From positions 186,001 to 250,000 of the forward strand of contig MU008202.1 of the NCBI GenBank assembly GCA_010909165.1: a stretch of DNA of 64,000 bases, given 5' to 3'. How positions within the stretch are numbered: the first letter of the stretch is position 1; each line of letters begins with the position of its first letter. The translations under genes and the position numbers were made by a program. The notes below the pieces were generated by a model, which was not told where the DNA came from, did not search any database, and was given only the letters and a program-made list of their open reading frames with translations. This document shows positions 62,551 through 64,000 of the stretch, in pieces. The stretch comes from Anthoceros angustus (Eukaryota; Plantae; Anthocerotophyta).

Positions 62551-64000
62551 GGCCGGGGCGTGCCTTAATTTTTGGCGCATGATTAGGGTTTTTGCGGGGG
62601 CCGTGGCCTGGCCCTGCCAGAGCAGCGCCGATGCTGTGTGCGTAAGCGTAAATGCGGGGAAGCGGGTGCAATAATACCGATAAAGAAGATGCCGGTTACC
62701 TTGAAAGGAGAGGAAGTGCAGGGTGCACAACACGTCGGGGAAGCCGGAGTGGGGGAGCGGGGGGTGGACTGTGTGTGGGCTTGGCTCGCGTTTCCGCTTC
62801 TCGTTGCCGGGGTCTCGGGGGATTCACGTTGGAGCACGTCCCGCCCTCGCGGCCCCCCGTTCTCACCTCGCCCGCTTAGCCTGCTCCGCTGGGAATCGGA
62901 TCCCGGAAGCTGGGCGTGGCGTGGCGCTTTGACTGTGTCGTCTACTGCGCTGGAGGAACTATTTGACCGGGGCATCCAAGTGGAGTCGGCAGGCGCAGAA
63001 CATGCTGGTGGCGTCGCGGCACGTTGGCCGGGCCCGGGCCCGGGCCCGGGCCCTTGCCGCGGATCCAACTCTTCCCTCCCGCGCCAGCAGCAGCGCCAGC
63101 AGCGCCAGCAGCGCCAGGCAGGGCAACACTTGTCAGCGAGCCGCGAGGCGCGGAACGAGGAACGCAACACAACACGAGAGGCGGGCCCGGGCAGCGATGC
63201 AGTGAGCATGCATGGAGACATGGTGGGCAAGGGCTAGGGCTAGGGCTATGGCTATGGCTACCGTGCTGGCTGGCTGCCCCGCTGTTTATATCGGCTTACA
63301 TGCTACTCAACATGGAGGTGGTATTTCAGGGTTTGCTATTACTGCCGGAGAGGGATATGTAGGTAGTATCCAGCCAGCGAGCCGCTGCACGTTTGTCGGG
63401 GCGCGGGGGCCGAGGGGCCGACGCTGCACGGCAGCATGACATCGCCATGCCATTGCGCGGGGGATCCATGTATGCATGTAAAGCAGGCTGCAGGCGCTGG
63501 TGGGGGAGCGGATCGACCAGCTTGATCTGCGCATGTGACATGGATCGCGCCAACTGCCACATGACACCGCCAGCGAGTGCGAATGCGAGTGCGCTAAAAG
63601 GCCAGTCAACACCAACTAACCTGCACAGCACACTGCTCTGCTTTCTGCATCCGTGAACACATGCGTCGGGCATCCCTTCTGACAAGGATCAAGGGCTTGT
63701 AAAGCTGGCCCGGCCCCGTGGGACACCCTGGCTTGGGACTCTAGTCGCACACTCGCAGGACCATGCTTGCCTGCCTTGCACATGAAGCTGCTCGCCGTGA
63801 AAGCCTTGTTTTAGGTCGGTGCAGATGGCATGAAGCTTACCGACTTGTCAGTCCACTTCCCAGCTGCCAGGGAGAGAAAGAATCTCAGTCTGGATAAGGA
63901 GATATCCCGTCCGGAGGCCGCCTCCTGCAGGAGCTGGAAATCAGCTCATCTCCGTGTTTTATCCACCCGGTGACCCAAGAGGAATTCAATTTCGGAATGC

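Noticed and set aside
63295-63365. Possible hairpin or miRNA precursor
   Set aside because: Pairing is weak with several mismatches, and I saw no match to conserved plant miRNA families

Overview
Gene-dense nuclear DNA of a eukaryote with short (~80-150 nt) GT-AG introns. An IFT-B ciliary gene (CLUAP1/IFT38), a WW-type PLS-PPR editing factor, several decayed PLS-PPR relics and plastid genes together point to a non-seed land plant with flagellated sperm; a hornwort fits best (inference). Supported genes, in order: a secreted DUF26/Gnk2-like protein plus a pseudogenised tandem copy, a divergent alpha-tubulin, an F-box/DUF3506 protein, a guanosine-deaminase-like protein, cyclophilin CYP37, two F-box/kelch proteins, CYP97A, an orphan ORF, a theta-class GST, CLUAP1, a PLS-E+ PPR, two head-to-head J-domain genes, PRORP and a GATA factor. 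AT-rich blocks (0.6-4.7, 8.2-12.3, 28.5-31, 47.6-51.2, 59.1-62.2 kb) hold LINE and SINE-like relics, minisatellites and two local duplications. Top lead: a divergently transcribed pair of paralogous J-domain genes with three identical intron positions. One keeps the catalytic HPD motif; the other, which the ORF track does not assemble, has a mitochondrial-type presequence and a natural QPD motif, suggesting a co-chaperone/inhibitor pair. Other leads: a membrane-anchored deaminase with CxxS instead of CxxC, a possible DUO1 sperm regulon (tubulin + IFT38), a PRORP with dual-targeting features and a DUF26 variant with C-X17-C-X2-C spacing. All exon structures and family calls were made by eye and are unverified by search.
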